Shown here one piece after another: positions 41,291 to 51,964 of a stretch of 64,000 nt of DNA. The notes beneath the pieces were generated by a model that was given only the letters and a program-made list of their open reading frames with translations, was not told the origin of the DNA and did not search any database. The translations under genes and the position numbers were made by a program. The first letter of the stretch is position 1. Each line of letters starts with the position of its first letter. Source of the stretch: an uncultured Planctomycetota bacterium (GTDB taxonomy: Bacteria; Planctomycetota; Planctomycetia; Isosphaerales; Isosphaeraceae); contig CAVTTN010000002.1 of assembly GCA_963737655.1 (NCBI GenBank), positions 1,792,001 to 1,856,000 of the forward strand, written 5' to 3'.

Positions 41291-41843
41291 GTGCCTTTGG
41301 GGAACTACCTGGCTTCCAGCTACTTTCCGCCGACGTATTACGGGGCGTCCGATCCCCCGCCCTCGGGCGGGGGAACGGGTTCCGGGCCGACCTCCTCGTA
41401 CCGGGACCGCGACGCCTTCGCCGGTCTCCAGGCGGCCCTTCGCGCCTCGGGACGGTTCGCCGACGTGATCTTCCCCGGCCCGATCGACGCCGAAGCCGTC
41501 GTCGGGGGCCGTTGTCCGGTGGCTGTGATCGATCCGGGTGAATGGACCGAGGCTCCCGACGCCACCCCGGGAGTCCTCCTCCGGCATGTGACCTTCACCC
41601 TGACCCTGGCCAGCCGAGCCGGATCGGCCCGAGACCGCTTCGAGATCCTGGATCGCCTCTCCGGCTTCGCTCAAAACGTCGTCGAGGGGCTCGACCCTCG
41701 GCGGTAATTGCCTCTCCGCCCTGACACAGCTTCGGGCCGGCAAGTACCAGCCGGCTCCTGGGCATCCCGAGCTCCGTCTGGTGCTCCAGGGCGGATTCAG
41801 TTACCCGGTGGCCTCGGCCAACGGGCACGACACGTCCCCCTGA
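41291..41843 (+). CDS. Putative neck/tail-completion-like protein (frameshift ~41695-41697)
   Basis: GGAGG RBS; LQAALRASGRFADV...PVAVI...FTLTL...LDRL pattern continues as LGGNCL...GGFSY in the next frame to TGA 41843. Confidence 0.5.
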
Positions 41844-41885
41844 CCGGCCGGCCGGCCGCGCCGGCGCCCCTGGGAGCCCTATGCC

Positions 41886-42125
41886 ATGACGCTCGTCCGC
41901 CTCGGCCAAGTCATCGTCAACTTCGACCTGGTCACCCACGTCCGGGACATGTCGGCCCCTGGCGCCGCGACCTCTGGGCCGTTTCTCGTCGAGTTCGTTC
42001 GGGGCCACTCGATCCAGGTGACCGCCGCGGCGGCTCCCCTGGCGGCCTGGCTTGCCGGGCACCTGACAGACCTGACCCCCTCGCCGGTGCTGCCTGTCCC
42101 GGTGACTCCTTCTCCCTCCGCCTGA
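41886..42125 (+). CDS. Small hypothetical protein (79 aa), last gene of the operon
   Basis: GGAG RBS; VIVNFDLVTHV...VEFVRGHSIQV beta-rich pattern. Confidence 0.6.
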   Translation: MTLVRLGQVIVNFDLVTHVRDMSAPGAATSGPFLVEFVRGHSIQVTAAAAPLAAWLAGHLTDLTPSPVLPVPVTPSPSA

Positions 42126-42141
42126 ACCACGTCGGCGAACG

Positions 42142-42180
42142 AGGTCGACCTCGGCTGGAACCCTCAGCCCAGGTCGACCT
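42142..42180. terminator. Hairpin between the phage-like operon and the convergent Trm112 gene
   Basis: AGGTCGACCTcGGCTG-gaaccct-CAGCCcAGGTCGACCT, 16-bp stem with one mismatch, overlapping the Trm112 stop. Confidence 0.55.
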
Positions 42181-42388
42181 TCGCGTCTCCCGAACGGACG
42201 CACTCCAGGGCCGAGAGCGACGGACAGCCCTCCGGAAGTGTTGCCTCCTCCAGAATCATGTTCGGGATCTCGTCCTCGATGGCGAACCGAGGCCCGCAGC
42301 GGGTGCAGACCAGCGAATCCTCCTCCTGGCGGAGGGGAGCGTGTCCTAGGGGGCAAACCAGCAGGTCGAGTAGATCCTTCTGGACCAT
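42164..42388 (-). CDS. Trm112 family protein
   Basis: LLDLLVCP...LVCTRCG..FAIEDEIPNM. Confidence 0.88.
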   Translation of the reverse strand: MVQKDLLDLLVCPLGHAPLRQEEDSLVCTRCGPRFAIEDEIPNMILEEATLPEGCPSLSALECVRSGDAKVDLG

Positions 42389-43005
42389 CGTCGTTGATCC
42401 CCGATCCTCGGAACGGAAGAGCACTGAGGAAAACCCGTCGCGCTACCCGGCGTTCACCGGGACCCTCACGATGGTCGAATTGCCGGACCTCTGCAACCCC
42501 AAGCCCGGCCCACCGCGAGCGACCGGGTTCGCTTTCCGTCCTGAGACGGCTCTCGACGCTCGGACCAGGGCGCGAGTCGGGGCTGGCCACGATCCAAAGG
42601 AGGTCGCGTTCTCATGGCCGTTCCTCACGGGGGTCGGGGGCGGGTCGGAAGGGGAGAGGATACCGATCCACCCGATCGGGACCACTCATCCTGTCTGACG
42701 TGGATGTTACAATCATCTCTTTGCTGCGCCTTGCCGGAGGCTGCGATTTTCGCCATCGGACTGCCTCTGGTCGAGGGCCTGCTGGGAAAACGCGGCCTTC
42801 CCAAGAACCCTGGGGGATCGGCTCGGAGTGCCACGCACCGGGTGATTGATTCGAAATCGTGCCTCAGCGTCGGGGCGGAGGGGTTCGCGATCGGGCCGGA
42901 ACGCCGTAGGATGGAAGATCGGCCCCGGTTATACTCGGTCCTGTCGGCCCGAACGTGCCAGCCGCCGCGTCCGCGTGACTGCTCGCCAGGAAGGCGTCTC
43001 CCGAG

Positions 43006-43860
43006 ATGGTGAAGACCTACATTGTCCGCCACGGCCTGATGCGCTTCCTCGGCGAGTTCCGGGCCCTGGACGGCCAGGACCATCCCCGAGGCCAGCGAGT
43101 GGTTGTCCGCAGCGACCGCGGCCAGGAGATCGGAGAGGTCCTCTGCCCGGCCACCGACCGGACGGCCCTGTTCCTTGAGAATCCGGCCCGAGGCGAGATC
43201 CTCCGCCTGGCCTCGGCCGAGGACCTCTCGGCCGAGCGTCTGCTCTCGGCCAAGCAGAAGGACGGGTTCGCAACCTGCCAGGAGTTCATCGGCCGACGGA
43301 AGCTTCAGATGGATCTCGTCGATGTTGAGGCGATCCTCGGCGGCGAGCGGATGGTCTTCTACTACCTGGCCGAGAAGCGGGTGGATTTCCGCGAGCTGGT
43401 CAAGGATCTCGCGCGGACCTTTCACACCCGGATCGAGATGAGGCAGATCGGCGTCAGGGACGAGGCGAAGCTCCTGGCCGATTATGGTGACTGCGGGAAG
43501 CCGGTCTGCTGCAATACCCACCTCTCCCGGATGCCCCCGGTCTCGATGAGGATGGCCAAGCTCCAGAAAACCACGCTGGACCCCTCGAAAATTTCCGGGC
43601 GTTGTGGTAGGCTCAAGTGCTGCCTCCGCTACGAGTTCGACACCTACCAGGCCCTCGAGCGCGACCTCCCGGCCGTCGGCTCGAAGGTGGTTACCCCTCT
43701 CGGACCAGGCCGGGTCCTCGCCCTGGAAGTTCTCGCCCGGAAAGTCGTCGTGGAATTCGAGGACCGAAGGCGGGTCATCGTCGGCCCCGACGAGATCCTC
43801 GGTGTCGAATCCAGGGGACGGCCTCGCAAGGGGGAGAACGACGATCGCGTCGATCGGTGA
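43006..43860 (+). CDS. PSP1-domain / RicT (YaaT) family protein
   Basis: RVDFRELVKDLA...TRIEMRQIGVRDEAK, CGKPVCC, KISGRCGRLKCCLRYE. Confidence 0.93.
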   Translation: MVKTYIVRHGLMRFLGEFRALDGQDHPRGQRVVVRSDRGQEIGEVLCPATDRTALFLENPARGEILRLASAEDLSAERLLSAKQKDGFATCQEFIGRRKLQMDLVDVEAILGGERMVFYYLAEKRVDFRELVKDLARTFHTRIEMRQIGVRDEAKLLADYGDCGKPVCCNTHLSRMPPVSMRMAKLQKTTLDPSKISGRCGRLKCCLRYEFDTYQALERDLPAVGSKVVTPLGPGRVLALEVLARKVVVEFEDRRRVIVGPDEILGVESRGRPRKGENDDRVDR

Positions 43861-43894
43861 TCGCTCGACGCCCCGGACAGAAAGGGACTTCGTC

Positions 43895-44308
43895 ATGAGC
43901 CTCCGCGACGAATTGGCCCGGGTCCTGGCCCGCGACAGCCGGTATCCGGTCCAGGCTTACGCCTTCGTGTTCGAGACCCTGGAGCACGCCAAGCTCCTCA
44001 AGAGGCGCGCACGGGCCAGGGCCCGCCGCGCCCGAGGGTCCGAGGGATCCCATCATGTGACCGGACAGGAGCTGTGCGAGGGCGCCCGCGACCTGGCCCT
44101 CCGCCAGTACGGGCTGATGGCCCTGACCGTCCTGGCCCAGTGGGGCATCCGCTCCACGGCCGACATCGGCAACATCGTCTACAACCTGATCGCCTCGGGC
44201 GACCTGGAGAAGACCGAATCGGACTCCCGGGCCGACTTCGACCGCGTCTTCGACTTCGACGAGGCATTCCGCCGCGGCTACGTGCTGGTCCTGGACGACG
44301 TGGCCTGA
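43895..44308 (+). CDS. Minf_1886-family (PVC-restricted) protein
   Basis: DSRYPVQAYAFV, HVTGQELC, WGIRSTADIGNIVYNLI. Confidence 0.85.
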   Translation: MSLRDELARVLARDSRYPVQAYAFVFETLEHAKLLKRRARARARRARGSEGSHHVTGQELCEGARDLALRQYGLMALTVLAQWGIRSTADIGNIVYNLIASGDLEKTESDSRADFDRVFDFDEAFRRGYVLVLDDVA

Positions 44309-44491
44309 GCCGACCCGGAAAGGAGTGACGGATGGCCCGGACGGATGGTTCGCGGTTGTGGTTCATTGTCTCCTTGGTGGCCTTCGTGGCCTGGGTTTCG
44401 GCGCTGGGCGTGATGGCCGTCGCCTCCGGAAGTTGGCCCAAGGCACCCAAGGCTCCCGCGAAGGCCGAAGCTCCCGGGCCGAGGTGACTCG

Positions 44492-45214
44492 ATGCGGTCC
44501 CCCTTGGTCCCTGGGCGTCGTCACGACCCCGAGCTCATGGATGCCCCCGGCCTGCCCGAGGCCGAGGTCGCCGACGCCTATCGAGTCCTCGAACGGGTCA
44601 ATCGCCAGTTCTTCGGGAATCGTCGGCCCCTGGACCGCGAGATCGCCCGGTTTCGGTCCCAGGAAGCCGCCGGACTCGGCGTCTGCACCCTTCTGGACGT
44701 TGGATCGGGATCCGGGGACCTGCCCCGGTCGGCGGTCGAGTCACTCGCTCGCCGGGGCCTCCCGGCTCTGGCCATCCCCCTGGATCGCGATCCCGTCGCG
44801 ATCGCCCTGGCCGCCCGGGCCGGCTCGCCGGCCGTCCGGGGTGACGCCCTCCGCCTCCCGTTCCCCGATCGCTCGATCGACCTGGTCACCGCGGCCAAGT
44901 TTGCCCACCACTTCGACGGCCCGGCCCTGCAACGTCTGATCGCCGAGATGGCCCGGGTGGCCCGGAGGCGCGTGATCGTCCTGGACATCCGCCGCCACTG
45001 GTTCGCCTACGCCGGCTTCGTTGCCTGGAGCCGCCTGTTCACACGGAACCGCCTGGTCCGGTTCGACGGCCCTCTGTCCGTCCTCCGGGGATTCACGGCG
45101 GGCGAACTCCTCGCCGCGTCCGCCGGTTGCAGGGCCTTCCGGTGGTCGGTCCGACGTTATTTAGGCTTCCAAATCGCCCTGATTGGACGACGGATCGAAC
45201 CAGATCAGGGATAG
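44492..45214 (+). CDS. SAM-dependent methyltransferase
   Basis: ELMD, LLDVGSGSGD, FAHHF, DGPLSVLRGFT. Confidence 0.88.
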   Translation: MRSPLVPGRRHDPELMDAPGLPEAEVADAYRVLERVNRQFFGNRRPLDREIARFRSQEAAGLGVCTLLDVGSGSGDLPRSAVESLARRGLPALAIPLDRDPVAIALAARAGSPAVRGDALRLPFPDRSIDLVTAAKFAHHFDGPALQRLIAEMARVARRRVIVLDIRRHWFAYAGFVAWSRLFTRNRLVRFDGPLSVLRGFTAGELLAASAGCRAFRWSVRRYLGFQIALIGRRIEPDQG

Positions 45215-45321
45215 CGAAGATTTTTCTCAACGGATGCTGGCGTCCGTGTCTGCTCGATTGTATCCTCTGACGCCTGCTGGGGAGATTCGACGCGGAATCC
45301 TAATGATAGGGGAAGGTTGCG

Positions 45322-45726
45322 ATGAACTCGCCGCGCATTCGTTTCGTCGCCATGGGGTTGGTCATGACGGTCCTGGCGGCCCTGGGAACGATCTCCGCCC
45401 AGGAGCCGACGGGAGAGCCCAGGCCGACCGAGAAGAAATCGACCCTCGGCCGTCGAGTCCCGCCGAACTTCAACAAGGTCGGCGTCACGTCCGAGCAGAA
45501 GGAGCAGATCTACACCATCCGCGCCAAATACCAGGAGCGAATTCTCTCGCTTCAAGCCCAGATCGACGAGTTGAAGATCAAGGAGCTGGCCGACTGCGAG
45601 GCGGTCCTGACCGAGGCCCAGAGGAAGACCCTGGAATCGCTCCGGGCCGAGGCCAAGCCGAAGGGCTCGGCCGTCAAGGAAAAGGACGCTTCCAAGTCCG
45701 TCGGCGAGGCCAAGAAGGGCGAGTGA
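45322..45726 (+). CDS. Secreted helical protein (Spy/CpxP-like)
   Basis: Signal peptide; VTSEQK and VLTEAQR (LTxxQ-like) motifs. Confidence 0.75.
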   Translation: MNSPRIRFVAMGLVMTVLAALGTISAQEPTGEPRPTEKKSTLGRRVPPNFNKVGVTSEQKEQIYTIRAKYQERILSLQAQIDELKIKELADCEAVLTEAQRKTLESLRAEAKPKGSAVKEKDASKSVGEAKKGE

Positions 45727-45822
45727 CTCGGCCCTCCGGCCTTGATCTTCGGTCGATCGCGGACTAAACAGACACCCGAGGGGTATTTGATCGGCACGCC
45801 CTTCGGAGGTCACCGCGACTCC

Positions 45823-47028
45823 ATGACCCATGTTTCGACCGAGGCGTTCGATGTCGCGGTCGCCGGCGCCGGGCTCGCCGGAGGCTTGCTGGCGGTCCTC
45901 CTCGGCAGGGCCGGGGCGCGGGTTGCTCTGATCGATCCGGGCCGATTCCCTCGCGAGAAGCTCTGCGGGGAGTACGTGAGCCCCGAGGGGGTGGCGGCCC
46001 TCGATCGTCTCGGGCTTGGAGCGGCGGTTGGCCGACTCGGCGGACATCCGATCCGCCAGGTCCGGCTGACCACGCCCAACGGGCGGTCTCTCGAAGCCCG
46101 GGTCGGCGGTCCGGACGGCCCCGACGGCCTGGGTTTGTCCCGGTCCTCGCTTGATGACCTCCTCGTCTCCGAGGTCCGGACCGCCGGCGCCGAGGTGTTC
46201 GAGGAGACCCGGGTCGGCGGGGCGATCGTGGAGGAGGGGCGGGTCGTTGGTCTTCGGGCCCGATCCGCCCGGCTCGGCCCGATCGAGCTTCGGGCCCGGA
46301 TCTGCGTCGCGGCGAACGGGCGCCATTCGGCCCTGGTCCGGCAGACCGGCACGACTCGACGACGGAGCCTCTTTCGCCCCCCTCTCTTCGGCCTGAAGCA
46401 CCACGTTCGCATCGAGGCCCCGGGCGCCTCCGAGCCCGAGGGGGCCGTCGGCCTCCATCTCGTCCCCGGCGGATACGTGGGGACGTGTCGGGTCGAGGGC
46501 GGGCTGACGAACGTCTGCGGGATCTTGCCCGAAGCGACGGCCTCAACCTATCGCGGCGATCTCGAACGTCTCGCCCACGACCAGTTCGCCCGGAACCCGG
46601 CGCTCGCCCGGCTCTGGGGCGCCTCGACACGGGCCGGGGAGTGGAAGACCGTCGCCGGGGTCCGCGTGGAGGTCAGCACCCCTCGGCTCCCGGGGATCGC
46701 CTTCGCCGGCGATTGCCAGGGGACGGTCGATCCTCTCGGCGGCCAGGGGATGACGATGGCCCTCCTCGGCGCCGAAGGCCTCGCCCCACGGCTCCTGGAG
46801 GCCCTCGCCGAAGGGACGCTCTCCCCGGCCCGGCAACGTCAAATCCAGGGGGCCTGGCACCGGCGGTTCGACGGCCGGGTGGGGCTCTGCCGCCTCTTCC
46901 ACCACGTCCTGTGCCATCCCGGGTTGATCGACGTGGCCTCGACCTCGAAGGAACTGGCCCCCCGCCTGCTGGCGGCCTGCTTCCGCCTGACCCGGGATCG
47001 ATCGATCTCGACCGATCTTTCCGCCTGA
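45823..47028 (+). CDS. NAD(P)/FAD-dependent oxidoreductase (geranylgeranyl reductase/monooxygenase-like)
   Basis: GAGLAG, FPREKLCGE, AANGRHS, GDCQGTVDPLGGQGM. Confidence 0.9.
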   Translation: MTHVSTEAFDVAVAGAGLAGGLLAVLLGRAGARVALIDPGRFPREKLCGEYVSPEGVAALDRLGLGAAVGRLGGHPIRQVRLTTPNGRSLEARVGGPDGPDGLGLSRSSLDDLLVSEVRTAGAEVFEETRVGGAIVEEGRVVGLRARSARLGPIELRARICVAANGRHSALVRQTGTTRRRSLFRPPLFGLKHHVRIEAPGASEPEGAVGLHLVPGGYVGTCRVEGGLTNVCGILPEATASTYRGDLERLAHDQFARNPALARLWGASTRAGEWKTVAGVRVEVSTPRLPGIAFAGDCQGTVDPLGGQGMTMALLGAEGLAPRLLEALAEGTLSPARQRQIQGAWHRRFDGRVGLCRLFHHVLCHPGLIDVASTSKELAPRLLAACFRLTRDRSISTDLSA

Positions 47029-47093
47029 TCGACAAACGGGCGAGGGCCGCGGAAGTCGGCGACCTCCGCGACCCGAACGAAGATCGCCCGAGA

Positions 47094-47957
<864 letters not shown>

Positions 47958-48218
47958 CGGTCGGTTCCCTCCCCGGCCCGGAAGCCCACCGAGACCGGCA
48001 CCCCAGGGCGGCCGGGGCCCGAGGCAGGCCGGAGCCGGGAGGGTCATGATAGCGGGCCTCTCCAGGGAAGGCGAGATGCCGGACCGTCGAAGCGAGGCCG
48101 TGGAAAAGGGCGGCCCGCAATTCGAGAGTGCGTGAAACGACTGGCAGAACCTTGCGCCAACTGCTAAAATTGCTATTCGTAGCACTTGGTTGGCAGTTGC
48201 CCGAACGCGTAAAATGCC

Positions 48219-49565
48219 ATGAAGTTACCTCGAAATCCGCCGCCATCTGAGGAGTTTCTGGGATTTTTCTCCGACCCTGCGAACCTGATGCGAGTCCTGG
48301 GAACCGTGAGGGCGGCCACGGTCAGGGGCCAATACCTGCACTGGGACAATCTCCGCCATCGCGAGCCGCCCCCCGGCCTGTCCTTGAAGGAATGGTGGTT
48401 TGGCCTGAAGGTCGGACGCCTTGGAGGACGAAAGGTCATCCCGCTCCACGACAAGGGCCAGCATCCGTTTCACTATTGTATGATCGATCCCTTGCCCGAG
48501 AGTCTGCACCGGATCGATCTCGGGGCCGGCGGCACGATCCAGATGCCTGAACTCGTAATGACCCCGGAGACCCAGAAGCAATTCCTCGTGCGCTCCCTGA
48601 TCGAGGAGGCGTTTACGTCGAGCCAGCTCGAAGGCGCGGCCACCACCCGGGAACGGGCGAAGGAAATGATCCGCAAGGACCAAAAGCCCCGGAGCCTCGG
48701 AGAACGGATGGTCCTGAACAATTACCGGACGATGGAGCACATCCTGTCACTTCGCGAGGAAAGGCTCACGAGGGAAGTGATCTTCGAGATCCACCGGATG
48801 GTGACCGACGGCACGCTCGACGACCCCTCCGGCGCCGGCCGACTCCGTCGCTCCGACGAGGTGAGGATCGTCGGCGACGCGATCGACCCCGAGGTCGTCT
48901 ATCATGTCCCGCCCGACGCGGGGGAACTCGACGCGAGGATGGACCGGATGTGTGCCTTTGCCAATGGTGAAGGAGACGAGGGGTTCATCCATCCCGCCAT
49001 CCGGTCCATGATCCTCCATTTCTGGCTGGCCTACGATTACCCGTTCATCGACGGGAACGGCCGGACAGCCCGTGCCTTGTTCTACTGGTCCATGCTCCAT
49101 CGAGGCTACTGGCTCTTTGAGTTTGTCTCGATCTCCAACATCATCCTCAAAGGACCGATGAAGTATCAGAGAGCGTTCCTGGAGACCGAAACGGACGACA
49201 ACGATCTCACGTACTTCTTGATCTACCATTCCCAGGTGATTGACCGGGCCATCGACGAGCTGTACGCGTACATCCGCCGGAAGGTGGGCGAGGTCCGGTC
49301 GGTCTCTGCCGGGTTGCGGGGGATGACGGGCCTCAACCATCGACAGAGGGCGCTCATGGTGGAGGTCGTCCGCCATCCCGACCGGCCCACCACGGTCGAA
49401 TCACATCGCCGGACGTTCGGGGTCGTGACCCAGACGGCTCGCAACGACCTGATGGACCTGATGGATCGGGGATTGATGCGCATGGAAAAGGCCGGCCGGG
49501 CATTCCAGTTCGTGCCCGTGGCCGACCTTGAACAACGACTCCGGGACGGGCCTCCTCAGGCGTAG
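48219..49565 (+). CDS. Fic-domain protein with C-terminal wHTH; Tyr in place of the catalytic His
   Basis: SSQLEG inhibitory-type motif; [21 protein letters not shown] tail. Confidence 0.9.
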   Translation: MKLPRNPPPSEEFLGFFSDPANLMRVLGTVRAATVRGQYLHWDNLRHREPPPGLSLKEWWFGLKVGRLGGRKVIPLHDKGQHPFHYCMIDPLPESLHRIDLGAGGTIQMPELVMTPETQKQFLVRSLIEEAFTSSQLEGAATTRERAKEMIRKDQKPRSLGERMVLNNYRTMEHILSLREERLTREVIFEIHRMVTDGTLDDPSGAGRLRRSDEVRIVGDAIDPEVVYHVPPDAGELDARMDRMCAFANGEGDEGFIHPAIRSMILHFWLAYDYPFIDGNGRTARALFYWSMLHRGYWLFEFVSISNIILKGPMKYQRAFLETETDDNDLTYFLIYHSQVIDRAIDELYAYIRRKVGEVRSVSAGLRGMTGLNHRQRALMVEVVRHPDRPTTVESHRRTFGVVTQTARNDLMDLMDRGLMRMEKAGRAFQFVPVADLEQRLRDGPPQA

Positions 49566-50857
49566 AGCCTCTGCCCGTTGGTCCTCACGTTCGCGCCGTT
49601 CTCGCTGAGGAAGTCGAGGCAGCGGCGGGGGAGGCGGCAGTCCAGGCGGACCCGGTCCTCGTCGTACACCCGGTTTCGGATCTGGGCGTGCTGGGCGAGG
49701 TAGGCCAGGACCCGGCCGTTCTCGACGCCGGTCTCGACCTCGGCGTCCAGGGCCCGTTCGTGCAGCGCCTCGCGGACGGCCTGTTCCAGCCGGTCCAGGC
49801 CGTCGCCCGAGGCGGCGCTGATGGTGACCGATTCGTCGTGATGGGCCTTCAGGACGTCCAGGAACGAGCGGTCGGGCACCCTGTCCGCCTTGTTCAGGAC
49901 GAGCAGGGTCGGCTGCTCGGACAGGCCGAGCTCCTCCAGGACCGCCTTCACGGCCGAGATCTGCTTCTCGGCCTCGGGGCTGGAGGCATCGACCACATGC
50001 AGGAGCAAGTCCGCCTGCCGGGCTTCTTCCAGGGTGGCCTTGAACGAGGCGACCAGCTCGTGGGGCAGGTTGCGGATGAAGCCGACGGTGTCCGACAGGA
50101 GGACGTGGCCTCCTCCGCGGAACTGCCAGCGGCGGGTCCGGGTGTCGAGGGTGGCGAACAGCTTGTCCTCGACCAGGACGTCGGCCCCGGTCAGGGCGTT
50201 CATGAGCGTGCTCTTGCCGGCGTTGGTGTAGCCGACGAGCGACACGGTGGGCACGTCGCCCCTCGCCGCGACCTCGCGCTCCTTCCGGCCCTGGACCTTG
50301 TCCAGCTTCGCCTTGAGGTCCTGGATCCGGTGGGCGACGATCCGGCGGTCCTCTTCGAGCTGCTTCTCGCCGGGGCCTCGGACGCCGATCCCGCCCTTGT
50401 AGCGGGAAAGGTGGGTCCACATCCGCTTCAGGCGAGGCAGGGCGTACTGGAGCTGGGCGAGCTCGACCTGGAGGTGGGCCTCGTGGGTCCTCGCCCGGGT
50501 GGCGAAGATGTCCAGGATGACCTCGGTGCGATCGACGACCTTGACCCCGAGGGCCTGCTCCAGGTTGCGGACCTGGGCCGGTCCGAGGTTGTTGTCGAAC
50601 GCCACGAGGTCCGCCTCGTGGGCCTCGACCAGCTCCTTGAGCTCCTGGACCTTGCCCGAGCCGATGTAGGTGGCGATGTCGACGTCGTGCCTCTTCTGCA
50701 GGAGGCTGCCGACGACGACCAGCCCGGCCGTCTTGGCCAGCCCTCGGATCTCGTCCAGGGGGTCATCGGGGTTATAGTCGCCGTCGGGGAGGAGGACCCC
50801 GACCAGGATGGTCTTCTCTCGACGATCGAGCCGCTGGGTGCTCTTGAGATCGGTCAA
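49556..50857 (-). CDS. hflX: GTPase HflX
   Basis: GPGEKQLEEDRR, GYTNAGKS, DKLFATLD, DTVGF, NKAD; TTG start inferred. Confidence 0.96.
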   Translation of the reverse strand: MTDLKSTQRLDRREKTILVGVLLPDGDYNPDDPLDEIRGLAKTAGLVVVGSLLQKRHDVDIATYIGSGKVQELKELVEAHEADLVAFDNNLGPAQVRNLEQALGVKVVDRTEVILDIFATRARTHEAHLQVELAQLQYALPRLKRMWTHLSRYKGGIGVRGPGEKQLEEDRRIVAHRIQDLKAKLDKVQGRKEREVAARGDVPTVSLVGYTNAGKSTLMNALTGADVLVEDKLFATLDTRTRRWQFRGGGHVLLSDTVGFIRNLPHELVASFKATLEEARQADLLLHVVDASSPEAEKQISAVKAVLEELGLSEQPTLLVLNKADRVPDRSFLDVLKAHHDESVTISAASGDGLDRLEQAVREALHERALDAEVETGVENGRVLAYLAQHAQIRNRVYDEDRVRLDCRLPRRCLDFLSENGANVRTNGQRLYA

Positions 50858-51040
50858 GGTGGGTGGTTCCCTCTTTCGGGAAGAGAAGATGGGAGGAGGC
50901 GGACGAGGCGACGGATCAGGCCGATTGTAGGAGGGCCGCGCGCCCCCCGTCAACGCCTCGTCCCGGCTTCGGTTCGGACACGCGGGCTCTCCTCTTAGTT
51001 CGCCCCGGGAGGCCGCCGAGTTCGAGGAATTCCGCCCGAT

Positions 51041-51936
51041 TTACCCCGGGCCGCCGGCCAGGACTCGCCGGGGCGCGATCCGACCGGCCTCGGCCTCGCC
51101 CACGGCGACGAGCGAGCCGTCCGGGCCGAACAGGGCGACCTCGCCCGGATCGACGCCGGGGGCGTCGATCGCCTGCCCCCGGATCACCCGCGACACGTCC
51201 CCGGCCGCGATGGTCTGTCGCCTTAACCCGGCCACCGCCTCCGCCGAGGGCGCAGGAGGCCGGGGAGGGTCTCGCTCGTGAGCGCCTCCGGGTCCAGGGC
51301 GTCGGGCAGGAGGAACGGGCCGATCGCCGTCCGGGTGAGGACCTCGATCAGCCCTCCGCACCCCAGGGCCTCCCCCACGTCCCGGGCGATCGACCGGATG
51401 TACGTCCCGCTCCCGCAATGGACCTCGACCTCGATCCGGGGCCATTCATACAAACGCAGGTCGATCCGATGGACCTCGACCGGCCGGGGCGCGAGCTCGA
51501 CCTCCCGGCCGGCCCGAGCGAGGTCGTAGGCCCGCCGCCCTCCCACCCTCAAGGCCGAGTACTGCGGGGGCAGCTGCTCGATCGTCCCGACCTGCGAGGC
51601 GAGGGCCTCGCGGACCTGGCACTCGGTCGGGACCGGGGGATTCTCGGCCTCGACCACCGTGCCGTCGGCGTCCAGGGTGTCGCTCGTGGCCCCGAGGCGG
51701 ACGACCGCGCGATAGGTCTTGGGCATCCTCTGGACGTACTCGATCAACCGGGTCGCCGGCCCCACGCAGACGACCAGGACGCCCGAGGCCAGCGGGTCGA
51801 GCGTCCCGGCATGGCCGACCTTGACCTTCCTCAACGGCCGGGACACGCGATCGACCACGTCTCGCGAGGTCACTCCGATCGGCTTGTTCAGGTTCAGGAG
51901 GCCGGACAGCGGGCGCGATTCGGACGGCGGCATCAT
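51041..51936 (-). CDS. truB: tRNA pseudouridine(55) synthase (frameshift ~51248)
   Basis: KVGHAGTLDPLASGVL, PPQYSA, CGSGTYIRS; PUA-like tail continues in another frame to 51041. Confidence 0.92.
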
Positions 51937-51964
51937 TCCTCGGACTCACTAAGACTGCGGTATA

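Larger units (their letters stand above)
27549..42125 (+). mobile_element. Phage-derived head/packaging operon: candidate GTA-like element or cryptic prophage remnant
   Basis: About 14 co-oriented, closely spaced genes in the order terL-portal-scaffold-MCP-adaptor-spikes; no recognisable integrase, replication or lysis genes; housekeeping genes on both flanks. Confidence 0.8.

Noticed and set aside
27549..42125. Intact temperate prophage or encapsulin nanocompartment
   Set aside because: No integrase, replication, lysis or att sites for a prophage; terminase and portal argue against an encapsulin. A decayed prophage remnant is not excluded.
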